The notes under the pieces are model-generated. The model made no database searches, was not told the DNA's origin, and was given only the letters and a program-made list of their open reading frames with translations. Positions 45,776-54,076 of a DNA stretch of 64,000 bases are shown in pieces. The stretch covers positions 26,087 through 90,086 of the forward strand of contig JAJFKB010000004.1 in the NCBI GenBank assembly GCA_021773395.1, in the 5' to 3' direction. Source of the DNA: Gammaproteobacteria bacterium. GTDB taxonomy: Bacteria > Pseudomonadota > Gammaproteobacteria > Pseudomonadales > IMCC2047. Both the position numbers and the translations under genes were made by a program. Each line of letters starts with the position of its first letter. The first letter of the stretch is position 1.

Positions 45776-45910
45776 ACCCAGTGACTTTAAACCAGCCGAC
45801 TTGTAACAGCTAATTCTAGCCCAGAATTAAACATGAGCATATATTTTGTCAATTATTCGCCAACAGCCACTTAGAAGCAACTTCTCACAAACTCTCTGTA
45901 ATAGCTTTTT

Positions 45911-45926
45911 TGCAATATTTATTCCA
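45911..45926 (-). promoter_or_regulatory. candidate sigma-54 (-24/-12) promoter for the 45775..42713 cassette
   Basis: The minus strand reads TGGAATAAATATTGCA, with GG-N10-GC spacing and a TTGCA -12 element. It lies about 136 nt upstream of the ATG at 45775. Confidence 0.3.
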
Positions 45927-46031
45927 ACAATTACGCTCTCATAAAAATCAATGACTTACACTCCGCATTGCGTAACCAAACCATAAAACCCTGAAAAACT
46001 GTAAAATAACCTGACAGGCTCAACAATTCCT

Positions 46032-46880
46032 TTATTTAATCTCGTTTAATAACGCTTTAATGTGTTTCGCTGGAACGGCATAGGCGATGCCACTGGGGTT
46101 TGCCAAAGCCGCTTCCTTTGTGCCCTTTACAAACACTTTATTAATCACACCAATTACCTCACCGGAATCAGTATCATAAAGTGGGCTGCCGCTGTTACCC
46201 GGATAAGCGGTGGCATCCAGCTGAAACACCCGATAAGGCTCCTTTAAACGCCGTATCAGTTTGGGGTTAAGCTGACCCGAGTGAAACGCAGGAATCGCGA
46301 TCGGCGTAATACTCGACACAATTCCCTGGTGGGTTACAGGATATAACCCCAGTACAGCACCAATAGGGAAACCAGTAAAAGCGTAGAGCTGCCCTTCTTT
46401 AACGGACGCGGAAGAACCGATACGCAGCGCCGGCAGCACCGGCCCCTCCAGTATTCGCAACAGAGCCAGGTCATGCTCATCATCGCGTTTTACAATCTCA
46501 ACTTTAAGTACCTTTGGCGATCTCCCTGTACCCACAAAAACCACCCGCCGCTCCTTCTTAAGCTCTTTCAACTCCTCTGCCACCACATGAGCATTGGTAA
46601 TCACATAGCGTCCATCGGCCACGACAAATCCGGTACCTGTTAAATTTGAACGCGGCTGCCTGATTGGCAGATAGGTTCCTACGCCGACAATAGAGGGCTT
46701 AATTTTGACGATAGTTTCCGGTAGAGAAGATGTTTCTGCCTTTAATAAAAATGGCAAACTCAGAAAGAAAAGACACAGGCAATAACATGCCACGCAACGA
46801 TGCCATTTATGGGTGACTATAGATTTAGCTGCAAGCATTCTATTCCCCATCATCCCTATTTTTTCCTCTGAATCTCTCAA
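46032..46880 (-). CDS. trypsin-like serine protease (S1C/DegP-like catalytic domain, no PDZ), membrane-anchored or secreted
   Basis: Catalytic triad contexts: VITNAHVV (His), HDLALLRI (Asp), GNSGSPLYD (Ser). N-terminal hydrophobic segment CYCLCLFFLSLPFLL. The start is uncertain (TTG 46880, or an ATG 27-42 nt inside). Confidence 0.8.
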   Translation of the reverse strand: MRDSEEKIGMMGNRMLAAKSIVTHKWHRCVACYCLCLFFLSLPFLLKAETSSLPETIVKIKPSIVGVGTYLPIRQPRSNLTGTGFVVADGRYVITNAHVVAEELKELKKERRVVFVGTGRSPKVLKVEIVKRDDEHDLALLRILEGPVLPALRIGSSASVKEGQLYAFTGFPIGAVLGLYPVTHQGIVSSITPIAIPAFHSGQLNPKLIRRLKEPYRVFQLDATAYPGNSGSPLYDTDSGEVIGVINKVFVKGTKEAALANPSGIAYAVPAKHIKALLNEIK

Positions 46881-47198
46881 CTAACCAGACAAGCGCTCTA
46901 TAACCATCATTAATCCAGACAAAAAAAACAAAAGTAACGCAATAAACACAGCTGCTGATCCCAGGTCTTTAGCTCGGCCGGCCAACTCTGCATATTCCTC
47001 TGTAACCAAATCGACGACTGCCTCAATAGCAGAATTAAGTAACTCAACCACAAGCACTAACAAAACAGCAGAAATTAACAGTACAGATTCCAAAACAGTT
47101 TGACCAAGCCAAAATGCCAATGGCACCAGTATCAGCGCTAAAAAAAATTCCTGCCGAAACGCCGCTTCCTTTTTCCAAGCAACAGCGATTCCATGCAT
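46881..47198 (-). CDS. dgkA: diacylglycerol kinase DgkA lacking its N-terminal helix because of an in-frame TAG upstream
   Basis: 105 aa. AWKKEAAFRQE, VLLVLVVELLNSAIEAVVD, EYAELAGRAKDLGSAAVF are colinear with E. coli DgkA residues about 18-122. Upstream, the frame reads GTG(47255)-PKPCKNGLSRID-TAG(47216-47214)-ATGYS-ATG(47198). Confidence 0.7.
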   Translation of the reverse strand: MHGIAVAWKKEAAFRQEFFLALILVPLAFWLGQTVLESVLLISAVLLVLVVELLNSAIEAVVDLVTEEYAELAGRAKDLGSAAVFIALLLFFLSGLMMVIERLSG

Positions 47199-47273
47199 GG
47201 AATATCCCGTCGCCTAATCAATACGACTCAGACCATTTTTACAAGGTTTAGGCACAACTAGCCATCCTTTCTA

Positions 47274-50200
47274 TTATGCATCTTCATTGTTATTAGCAAC
47301 TACTGGTACCCGAGTGTGCAACCATCCAGCAAAAAACACCAGGTAAAAGAGAAAAGTCAGCTTAGGGAAATCAAACAGACTGGACGTCAAACCAACGATT
47401 AGAAAGCTTACAATCGATACCGCATATATCGCTGCAAGCAAATCATTTCTTGCAGCCATGGTAGCTAACCTGATCAAAACAATAGCCACCATAAAGAAAA
47501 ACAAAAGCAGCCCCGCCCAACCCTGCTCAAACCAGACCTGCAGAGGCAGATTCTCAATATGCCAGCGTAAATGATCGTCGCTGATGAAAAACCAGCGCTC
47601 GTAAGTCGAGGAAAAATTACCATTAGCCATTAACTCCTCACCATCACTGACATGTATGCTAATATCGTCGATACTTAAGCCTTTACCTCCATGCACATAT
47701 AGCGAGAAAAATACTGGTCGGAGAAACTGAGCCCAGTTTTGGTGGTTCAAATACTGGATTTGGTGAGTGTACGTCGCCCACTCACCAACCTTATTAGGCC
47801 GCACCATTCTAGATACACAACGATCGGAATAAAGTAGTACTTGCTCACACAGCGAGACAGCCAACCTTTCCTTACCCGTTTCCGGACGCAAAGCGATTGA
47901 CACATCATAATACAGCTCTGCTTCAGGTCTGATGCGTTGTACTATATAATAGGCACCCCCCGCCGCGATGTGTAAATAGCTATTTTCTCCCTCAGAGCGG
48001 AAATCATGAATAGGAAGAGGTTTTGGGATCAGGTTAGCCGCATAATACTCTCTTGGGAAAGAGCCCAGCCCCGCACCAAAAAAGTTATATATAAATCCTT
48101 TGGGTTTGTTGTCAATCGTATCTGCCCAATGATTCAAGCGAGTTTGCATATCCCTTTCTGTCGCATCAATTCGTGACTTGAAAAATGGCGACTGATAAAT
48201 CGGAATAGCTACAAACGCAATAACAATAAATACGGGAATAGCCACCTTGCAAAAAGCCATTGCCGACCTTACCTGTCTAGCATATATCACCAATGCTACA
48301 AACCCTATAAACGTTATGGTTAATAGCGCGATCCTTGAGTAGGTCACAAGTAGCGCGTAGCAAGCTAATGCCAACAGAATGAGCCCAACTGGAAGGGCCC
48401 ATCGTTTTGGCAAAAGGTAGCCAGCACCCATAAGGAAGGGAATGGTAACTGCCAAATATCCATCGATCATGCCCCCACCAGTATGTAAAGATGAAAATAG
48501 TCCAGTGGCACGATAAGCCTGTGAGAAATTCAACACCCCTGGAAAAAGGGCTCTTTCCCAAATTATTAACCCAACTGTCGCTAAAAAGCCCAATAACATC
48601 CCGGTTATCAAATAGCGTTTCACCTGCCCCTGATCGCTATATACTGATTGCAGGGCTGGTAGAAGTAGCAACATTAATACAAAACCCTTTACAACCCGTA
48701 ACGCATTATAATTACTTAAATAACTACTAAAAGTACTTGATTCAAATTCTGGCAGAGGCCAAATGCCGACAATCAAACTGATCAAAACCGAGAGACTATA
48801 GAGCGTAATCAACACTCGGGTACCTTTTGTGAACTCCAGCTTTGATGAGGATCTGGATAGTAAAGTGCCAACAACAGTCGCTAACACAAAAAAATCAAAT
48901 TCTGTAATAAAAAACCACCCTGTGTGAGAAGCGAAATCCAGTAACGGCATTAATACCGGCAAAACCAAGAGCCAACAGTGGGGGTATTTAAACAAGCATC
49001 CAATGTATACAATTATTCCGAGAAACAACCAAATTCTGCCAACCGGATACATCCCCATAACTAAAAATAAGGGAACGAGAATAGCACCACCCAAAATCAC
49101 CCTAATTAGTCGAGTATTTATCGGCTTATTAGCAACAGACAAAACAGGCTCAGAATCAGATAGATATCGATCATCCGCTAATGTTTCCTGCTTAGATCCC
49201 GATAATTGATTGAGTAACCACATTCCAATTAAAAAAAAGACCCATGTTGAAACCATGGCAACCAACACATTGGTATAATCCGGATGTTTCGCAGAAAGAA
49301 AAAGCTTTCCTGTTTCTAGAACTAGTGCCAACAACGCACCCACAACAGGAGCGAAACTGCGCATCACCTGCAGCCTAGACTGAGAACCTAAACCCGATAA
49401 CAACAACCCCACTCCTAAAGGCGCATACATTGCAAAGTTAAACAAAAGGCTGCGTACGGCACTAGCTTCAGTTGAGAAGTAATGATAATAAAAGGGTATC
49501 AACGCTTTATATTCAAAGCCATCCAGAGGACGTTGCCATGAATGGCTAAACCAGCCATTAAAAAGCATTAAAAATAACAGATAGGCAAGAGCCAACCAAA
49601 ACCAAAAACGGTACATCAAATCAATCACCGGCTGGACACGATTAGCTCGTAGCCATTGAGCACCCCAATACCCCACCCCCGTGCCAATAGCGCCAAGTAT
49701 AATCGAGCCACCTTCTGTCACTGCTGAAGCTACAAATATCTGGATGCCTTCGATAAACAAAGCCATTAATGCCCCTGCAGCTATTGCCCGCTTTAAACCT
49801 CGATTTTGAAAATTCCATACAGAAGATAGGAGTGCACCAAAAGGTATGAATACGATACAAAAGCCTGCTCTACTGGCGGAAATGCGCAAAGATAATTTAT
49901 TTCCATAGTCAATAAAAAACAAAGCAACCTGATCGCTTCTTAATTTCTGCATCAATTCATCGAATGAAACCAGCACATCGAAAGGGAAAAAGCTAAACAG
50001 AAACAATATTACAAAGTATCCATAAAAAACATTACGAAATGCTTTGCGACCACCCGCAGACCACCCACTCAAACTTCTGCCCAGTATCATCCAAACGGCA
50101 ACGCCTAACACACTGCCAATGACCTCGGCTAGCAAGTCATTTAACGAAACTGTGCGCGGCGCAAAGAAGATCTGTACAAATTCAATCAAAGTAGCGAGGA

Positions 50201-50519
50201 TCAAACAAAATCCAATTACGACCAACGCACCAATAATTTTTCCCAACTGAATACGCCGACCTCGATCGAAACTAGCCATCATCATAAACGCTAGAGGTAT
50301 ATAAAGCAGAATATTGGCAACCCAATCACCCCGAGATGCTATGCCCAACTGTAGGTAACGAATATTTTTAAAAGCACTAATCGCTTCAGGGAAGCTATAG
50401 TCGCGAAGTTCAAAGGGTATGAGGCTGCCGTACACAATAAAAAATAGGTACGCCAGCACCAACAGATGAAGCCGGTCGGTTATCTTTTGAGAGAAGCTGG
50501 CTGGCTGTGGCATATGCAA
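47274..50519 (-). CDS. large polytopic membrane protein: N-terminal VanZ-like module(s) fused to an O-antigen-ligase (Wzy_C)-like module and an extracytoplasmic domain
   Basis: 1081 aa. VanZ-like YGSLIPFELRD...GDWVANILLYIPLAF. More than 20 hydrophobic segments. Wzy_C-like ...CYALLVTYSRIALLTITFIG.... A soluble stretch of about 230 aa (RIDATERDMQTRLNHW...WFFISDDHLRW) precedes the last TM segments. Confidence 0.65.
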   Translation of the reverse strand: MHMPQPASFSQKITDRLHLLVLAYLFFIVYGSLIPFELRDYSFPEAISAFKNIRYLQLGIASRGDWVANILLYIPLAFMMMASFDRGRRIQLGKIIGALVVIGFCLILATLIEFVQIFFAPRTVSLNDLLAEVIGSVLGVAVWMILGRSLSGWSAGGRKAFRNVFYGYFVILFLFSFFPFDVLVSFDELMQKLRSDQVALFFIDYGNKLSLRISASRAGFCIVFIPFGALLSSVWNFQNRGLKRAIAAGALMALFIEGIQIFVASAVTEGGSIILGAIGTGVGYWGAQWLRANRVQPVIDLMYRFWFWLALAYLLFLMLFNGWFSHSWQRPLDGFEYKALIPFYYHYFSTEASAVRSLLFNFAMYAPLGVGLLLSGLGSQSRLQVMRSFAPVVGALLALVLETGKLFLSAKHPDYTNVLVAMVSTWVFFLIGMWLLNQLSGSKQETLADDRYLSDSEPVLSVANKPINTRLIRVILGGAILVPLFLVMGMYPVGRIWLFLGIIVYIGCLFKYPHCWLLVLPVLMPLLDFASHTGWFFITEFDFFVLATVVGTLLSRSSSKLEFTKGTRVLITLYSLSVLISLIVGIWPLPEFESSTFSSYLSNYNALRVVKGFVLMLLLLPALQSVYSDQGQVKRYLITGMLLGFLATVGLIIWERALFPGVLNFSQAYRATGLFSSLHTGGGMIDGYLAVTIPFLMGAGYLLPKRWALPVGLILLALACYALLVTYSRIALLTITFIGFVALVIYARQVRSAMAFCKVAIPVFIVIAFVAIPIYQSPFFKSRIDATERDMQTRLNHWADTIDNKPKGFIYNFFGAGLGSFPREYYAANLIPKPLPIHDFRSEGENSYLHIAAGGAYYIVQRIRPEAELYYDVSIALRPETGKERLAVSLCEQVLLYSDRCVSRMVRPNKVGEWATYTHQIQYLNHQNWAQFLRPVFFSLYVHGGKGLSIDDISIHVSDGEELMANGNFSSTYERWFFISDDHLRWHIENLPLQVWFEQGWAGLLLFFFMVAIVLIRLATMAARNDLLAAIYAVSIVSFLIVGLTSSLFDFPKLTFLFYLVFFAGWLHTRVPVVANNNEDA

Positions 50520-50636
50520 CTATAATTCACCTATTCTTTCTAGACATAATGTAGTGACCTACCCGTCCTCAAAACCGCGGATTAAGCTATGAATGAAACA
50601 TCTTAGGCCAAGAGCCATAATCGAGGAGGATAGGTC

Positions 50637-50889
50637 ATGAATAAGTCTAGCAAGTATGCCTGGCTGGATACACACAAAGATACAATTACCGCTGCCATCG
50701 CTGATGCTGCAACGGATTTATGGTGAGACAGCGAATACGTCCGCAGCAATGCCGAATCTGTTGAAGGATGTCAGTTCGAACGGCGGAATTGTTTCCTATT
50801 GCTATGAGGCAGGGCCCTGCGGGTATGATCTCTACCGCCAGACCAGTGGTTCTGAACATGAGTGTGGTGTTGCGGCCCCCTCGTTGTAA
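50637..50889 (+). mobile_element. IS110-family transposase N-terminal remnant (frameshifted and truncated)
   Basis: ATG 50637 follows GAGGAGGA. The first frame reads MNKSSKYAWLDTHKDTITAAIADAA..., stopping at 50724-26. It continues in the next frame as RIYGETANTSAAMPNLLKDVSSNGGIVSYCYEAGPCGYDLYRQ...VAAPSL-stop-stop. The (G)LDxHKD and YEAGPCGY strings are typical of the IS110 DEDD N-terminal domain. Only about 85 of about 350 codons remain. Confidence 0.7.
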
Positions 50890-50980
50890 TAAATTCTGCG
50901 CTCAACCCTTTAAAACTACCCCTTTTAGGCTAATATCATCCTATACTTATAAACCGGCAGTCATCATTAAAATTGCACCT

Positions 50981-52579
50981 ATGATTTCACTTCTCCACGA
51001 CAGCATTATCCATCACGCGAGCCTAACACCTGATTCGACAGCACTGTGCTATAAGGATCAGAAACGCAACTATCAGGCGCTGCACCAGGAAATCTCCAAC
51101 TGCGCGCACCAGCTGATTGAAGCCGGTTTAGCGGCAAATGACCGCGTCGCGATCTACCTGCCAAAACAGCTTGAAAACGTGATCAGTATGTACGCCACCT
51201 CGTTGGCGGGTGGTATCTTTGTACCACTCAATCCCGGACTGAAACCCCATCAGGTTGAACATATTCTCAGAGACAGCGGCGCGCGATTTCTGGTCAGCGC
51301 TAAAGACAGGATTCAGCGTCTTGCAGAGGTTTTTCCGCAATGCCCCTCACTGGAACACGTTATATCGGTCGACACGTTCGCCAGCCAGGAAGCCAACGGC
51401 AATGTATCCATGCACGAATGGGAACAGTTCACCCAACCGCTCACCCAACCCATAGACAATCAAAATATCACCTTGCCAGAACGAATTGATGCTGATCTGG
51501 CGGCTATTCTGTACACCTCAGGGAGTACCGGAAGGCCCAAAGGCGTTGTGCTTTCCCACCGCAATATGGTGACCGGCGCCAAAAGTGTCAGCAGCTATCT
51601 GAAAAACACCGCGCAGGATGTGGTGCTGGCGGTGTTACCCTTTAGCTTTGACGCAGGTCTCAGCCAACTCACCACCGCCTTCCAGGTTGGCGCATGTGTG
51701 GTCTCCATGGACTACCTGCTACCACGGGACGTCATTAAAGCCATTGATCGCTATCAAGCAACCGGGCTGGCAGCCGTACCACCACTCTGGAACCAACTAG
51801 CAACCCTTGAGTGGCCCGAGCAGACAGCCAAATCATTACGCTATATTACCAATACCGGAGGTGCCATGCCGCGCGCCACACTGGATCGTTTGAGAAAAGC
51901 ACTGCCGGAAACGCAGATATTTCTAATGTACGGATTGACCGAAGCGTTTCGCTCCACCTACCTCGATCCCAGCCAGCTGGATGCCAGACCAGGCTCAATG
52001 GGCAAAGCCATTCCCAGCGCCCAGATCCTGGTAGTTCGTGAAGATGGCAGCGAATGTGATCCTGAAGAGCCTGGTGAACTGGTACATCGGGGAGCATTAG
52101 TTGCCCAGGGCTACTGGAATGACCCGATCAAGACCGCAGAGCGATTCAAACCCGCCCCCGGACAACCTAAAGAACTGCCCAATCCGGAGCTTGCGGTCTG
52201 GTCGGGTGATCAAGTCAAGAAAGATAGCGAAGGTTACCTCTATTTCATCACGCGCAAAGATGAAATGATAAAGACATCAGGCTATCGGGTCAGCCCCACA
52301 GAGATCGAAGAGGAGTTGTACGCCAGCACTATGGTGGTTGAAGCAGTTGCATTCGGAGTGGCACACCCCATGCTGGGACAAGCCATCGTCGCCGTTGTGC
52401 AGGCCAACGAGGGATTCGCCGAGAAGGATATCCTGCGATACTGCCAGCAAAACCTGGCCAACTACATGGTGCCCCAGAAACTGGTTATTTATCAGGAATT
52501 ACCGCGTAACCCAAATGGTAAAATTGATCGTAATCTGTTGAAAAATGAGTTTAACTCGATATTTGATGAGCAAGACTGA
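50981..52579 (+). CDS. AMP-forming acyl-CoA/acyl-ACP ligase (exosortase-A-system-associated type)
   Basis: Start reset to ATG 50981 (MISLLHDSIIHHA...). [65 protein letters not shown]. Confidence 0.85.
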   Translation: MISLLHDSIIHHASLTPDSTALCYKDQKRNYQALHQEISNCAHQLIEAGLAANDRVAIYLPKQLENVISMYATSLAGGIFVPLNPGLKPHQVEHILRDSGARFLVSAKDRIQRLAEVFPQCPSLEHVISVDTFASQEANGNVSMHEWEQFTQPLTQPIDNQNITLPERIDADLAAILYTSGSTGRPKGVVLSHRNMVTGAKSVSSYLKNTAQDVVLAVLPFSFDAGLSQLTTAFQVGACVVSMDYLLPRDVIKAIDRYQATGLAAVPPLWNQLATLEWPEQTAKSLRYITNTGGAMPRATLDRLRKALPETQIFLMYGLTEAFRSTYLDPSQLDARPGSMGKAIPSAQILVVREDGSECDPEEPGELVHRGALVAQGYWNDPIKTAERFKPAPGQPKELPNPELAVWSGDQVKKDSEGYLYFITRKDEMIKTSGYRVSPTEIEEELYASTMVVEAVAFGVAHPMLGQAIVAVVQANEGFAEKDILRYCQQNLANYMVPQKLVIYQELPRNPNGKIDRNLLKNEFNSIFDEQD

Positions 52580-52605
52580 TGGATTTTAGGCAAATCGACC
52601 TAAGC

Positions 52606-52756
52606 GCCCTCATCCCAACCTTCTCCCAAAGGGAGAAGGAGTCCTCTATTGGGAGAGGCATTTACAATTTGCCGACACATCGGTTATCCCCTCTCCCTCT
52701 GAGAGAGCACCAAACTATCATCCCCTCTCCCTCTGGGAGAGGGTTAGGGTGAGGGC
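52606..52756. repeat. cluster of REP-like units
   Basis: gccctcatcccaaccttctcccaaagggagaaggag, cccctctccctctgagagag, cccctctccctctgggagagggttagggtgagggc. Lies between the ligase and decarboxylase genes. Confidence 0.7.
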
Positions 52757-52794
52757 CTTAACGGCTCAACACATAAACTAACCAAAGAGCACCA

Positions 52795-54033
52795 ATGAAC
52801 AAACCAAAACCACAACACGTACCGATGGATCAATTTAAAACAGCCGACAACTGTTTACTAGTCAATGGCCAATCTGTGCTGGAAATCGCCCAAAAACTGG
52901 GCCGCACACCATTCTACGCCTACGACAGCAACCTGATGACAGCTCGAGTCAAGCAGCTGCGCGAAGCTCTACCGAAAGAGATCCACCTCCATTACGCTAT
53001 GAAAGCCAACCCCATGCTCGAAGTTGTCAAGCACATGGCCGATCTGGTCGACGGTCTGGACGTAGCCTCAAAAGGCGAACTCGAAGTGGCGCTGCAGACA
53101 GGAACCGCACCTGGCAATATCAGTTTTGCTGGCCCCGGAAAAAGAGACGAAGAGCTTCTGGCCGCAATTGAGGCGAAAATCACCATCAACGTTGAGTCGG
53201 AAGGCGAACTGGCTCGCATCGACAAAATTGCTACCCGATTGGGAAGCAAACCCAATATTGCCATTCGTGTGAACCCTGATTTTGAGTTGAAAAGCTCCGG
53301 TATGAAAATGGGAGGCGGCCCCAAGCAATTCGGTATCGATGCCGAACGGGTGCCCGCTGTATTAAAACACCTCGCAAATCTGGATTGCCATTTCAGAGGT
53401 TTCCATATATTCAGCGGATCGCAGAACCTCAAACCCGAAGCAATCATTGAAGCTCATGACAAAACCTTTGAACTGGCGATTCGCCTCTCCGAATACGCAT
53501 CGACACCAGTGGAATTGCTCAATATTGGCGGCGGGTTCGGCATCCCCTATTTCCCCGGAGAAAGCCGTCTGAATCTGGAACCCATTGTCGCCAACCTGAA
53601 CCGCCTGTTGCCCGAAGTTCTCAGAGCGCTACCCGAAACAGAAATCGTTACCGAACTCGGCAGATACCTGGTCGGTGAAGCCGGCGTTTATATCTGTAAA
53701 ATCATTGATAAAAAAGTGTCCCGAGGTCATACATTTTTAATTGTGGATGGTGGCTTACACCATCACCTCTCCGCCTCCGGGAATTTCGGACAGGTGATAC
53801 GCAAAAACTACCCGGTAGCTGTGGCCAACCGAATGGAAAGAAGTGAGGAAAAAGAGCTGGTTTCAGTAGTAGGGCCACTCTGCACACCGCTTGATCTGCT
53901 GGCGGATAAGGTAGAACTACCTGTGGCAGAACCGGGCGATTTAATTGCTGTTTATCAGTCGGGCGCTTATGGGTACAGCGCCAGCCCGCATGGGTTTTTG
54001 AGTCATCCTTGCGCCAGAGAAATATTGGTTTAA
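52795..54033 (+). CDS. PLP-dependent decarboxylase (Orn/DAP/Arg decarboxylase fold type III; exosortase-A-system-associated type)
   Basis: 412 aa. HYAMKANP (PLP Lys), NIGGGFGIPY, ELGRYLVGEAG, CTPLD, YQSGAYGYSAS. Confidence 0.85.
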   Translation: MNKPKPQHVPMDQFKTADNCLLVNGQSVLEIAQKLGRTPFYAYDSNLMTARVKQLREALPKEIHLHYAMKANPMLEVVKHMADLVDGLDVASKGELEVALQTGTAPGNISFAGPGKRDEELLAAIEAKITINVESEGELARIDKIATRLGSKPNIAIRVNPDFELKSSGMKMGGGPKQFGIDAERVPAVLKHLANLDCHFRGFHIFSGSQNLKPEAIIEAHDKTFELAIRLSEYASTPVELLNIGGGFGIPYFPGESRLNLEPIVANLNRLLPEVLRALPETEIVTELGRYLVGEAGVYICKIIDKKVSRGHTFLIVDGGLHHHLSASGNFGQVIRKNYPVAVANRMERSEEKELVSVVGPLCTPLDLLADKVELPVAEPGDLIAVYQSGAYGYSASPHGFLSHPCAREILV

Positions 54034-54076
54034 AGATGTAATAAAAAATCTCTCAATTAAATATCACCTAGAAGAA

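Noticed and set aside
50541-50565. Possible third fragment of the MITE left end (gacataatgtagtgacc versus gcataatgtagcgagtgacgg)
   Set aside because: Only about 14 matching nt remain once a 4-nt gap is allowed. That is too short to distinguish from chance without a genome-wide alignment.
50768-50980. N-terminal 71 codons of the 603-aa ligase ORF call
   Set aside because: This part overlaps the IS110 remnant in another frame and has no similarity to adenylate-forming enzymes. The family-typical N-terminus starts at ATG 50981.
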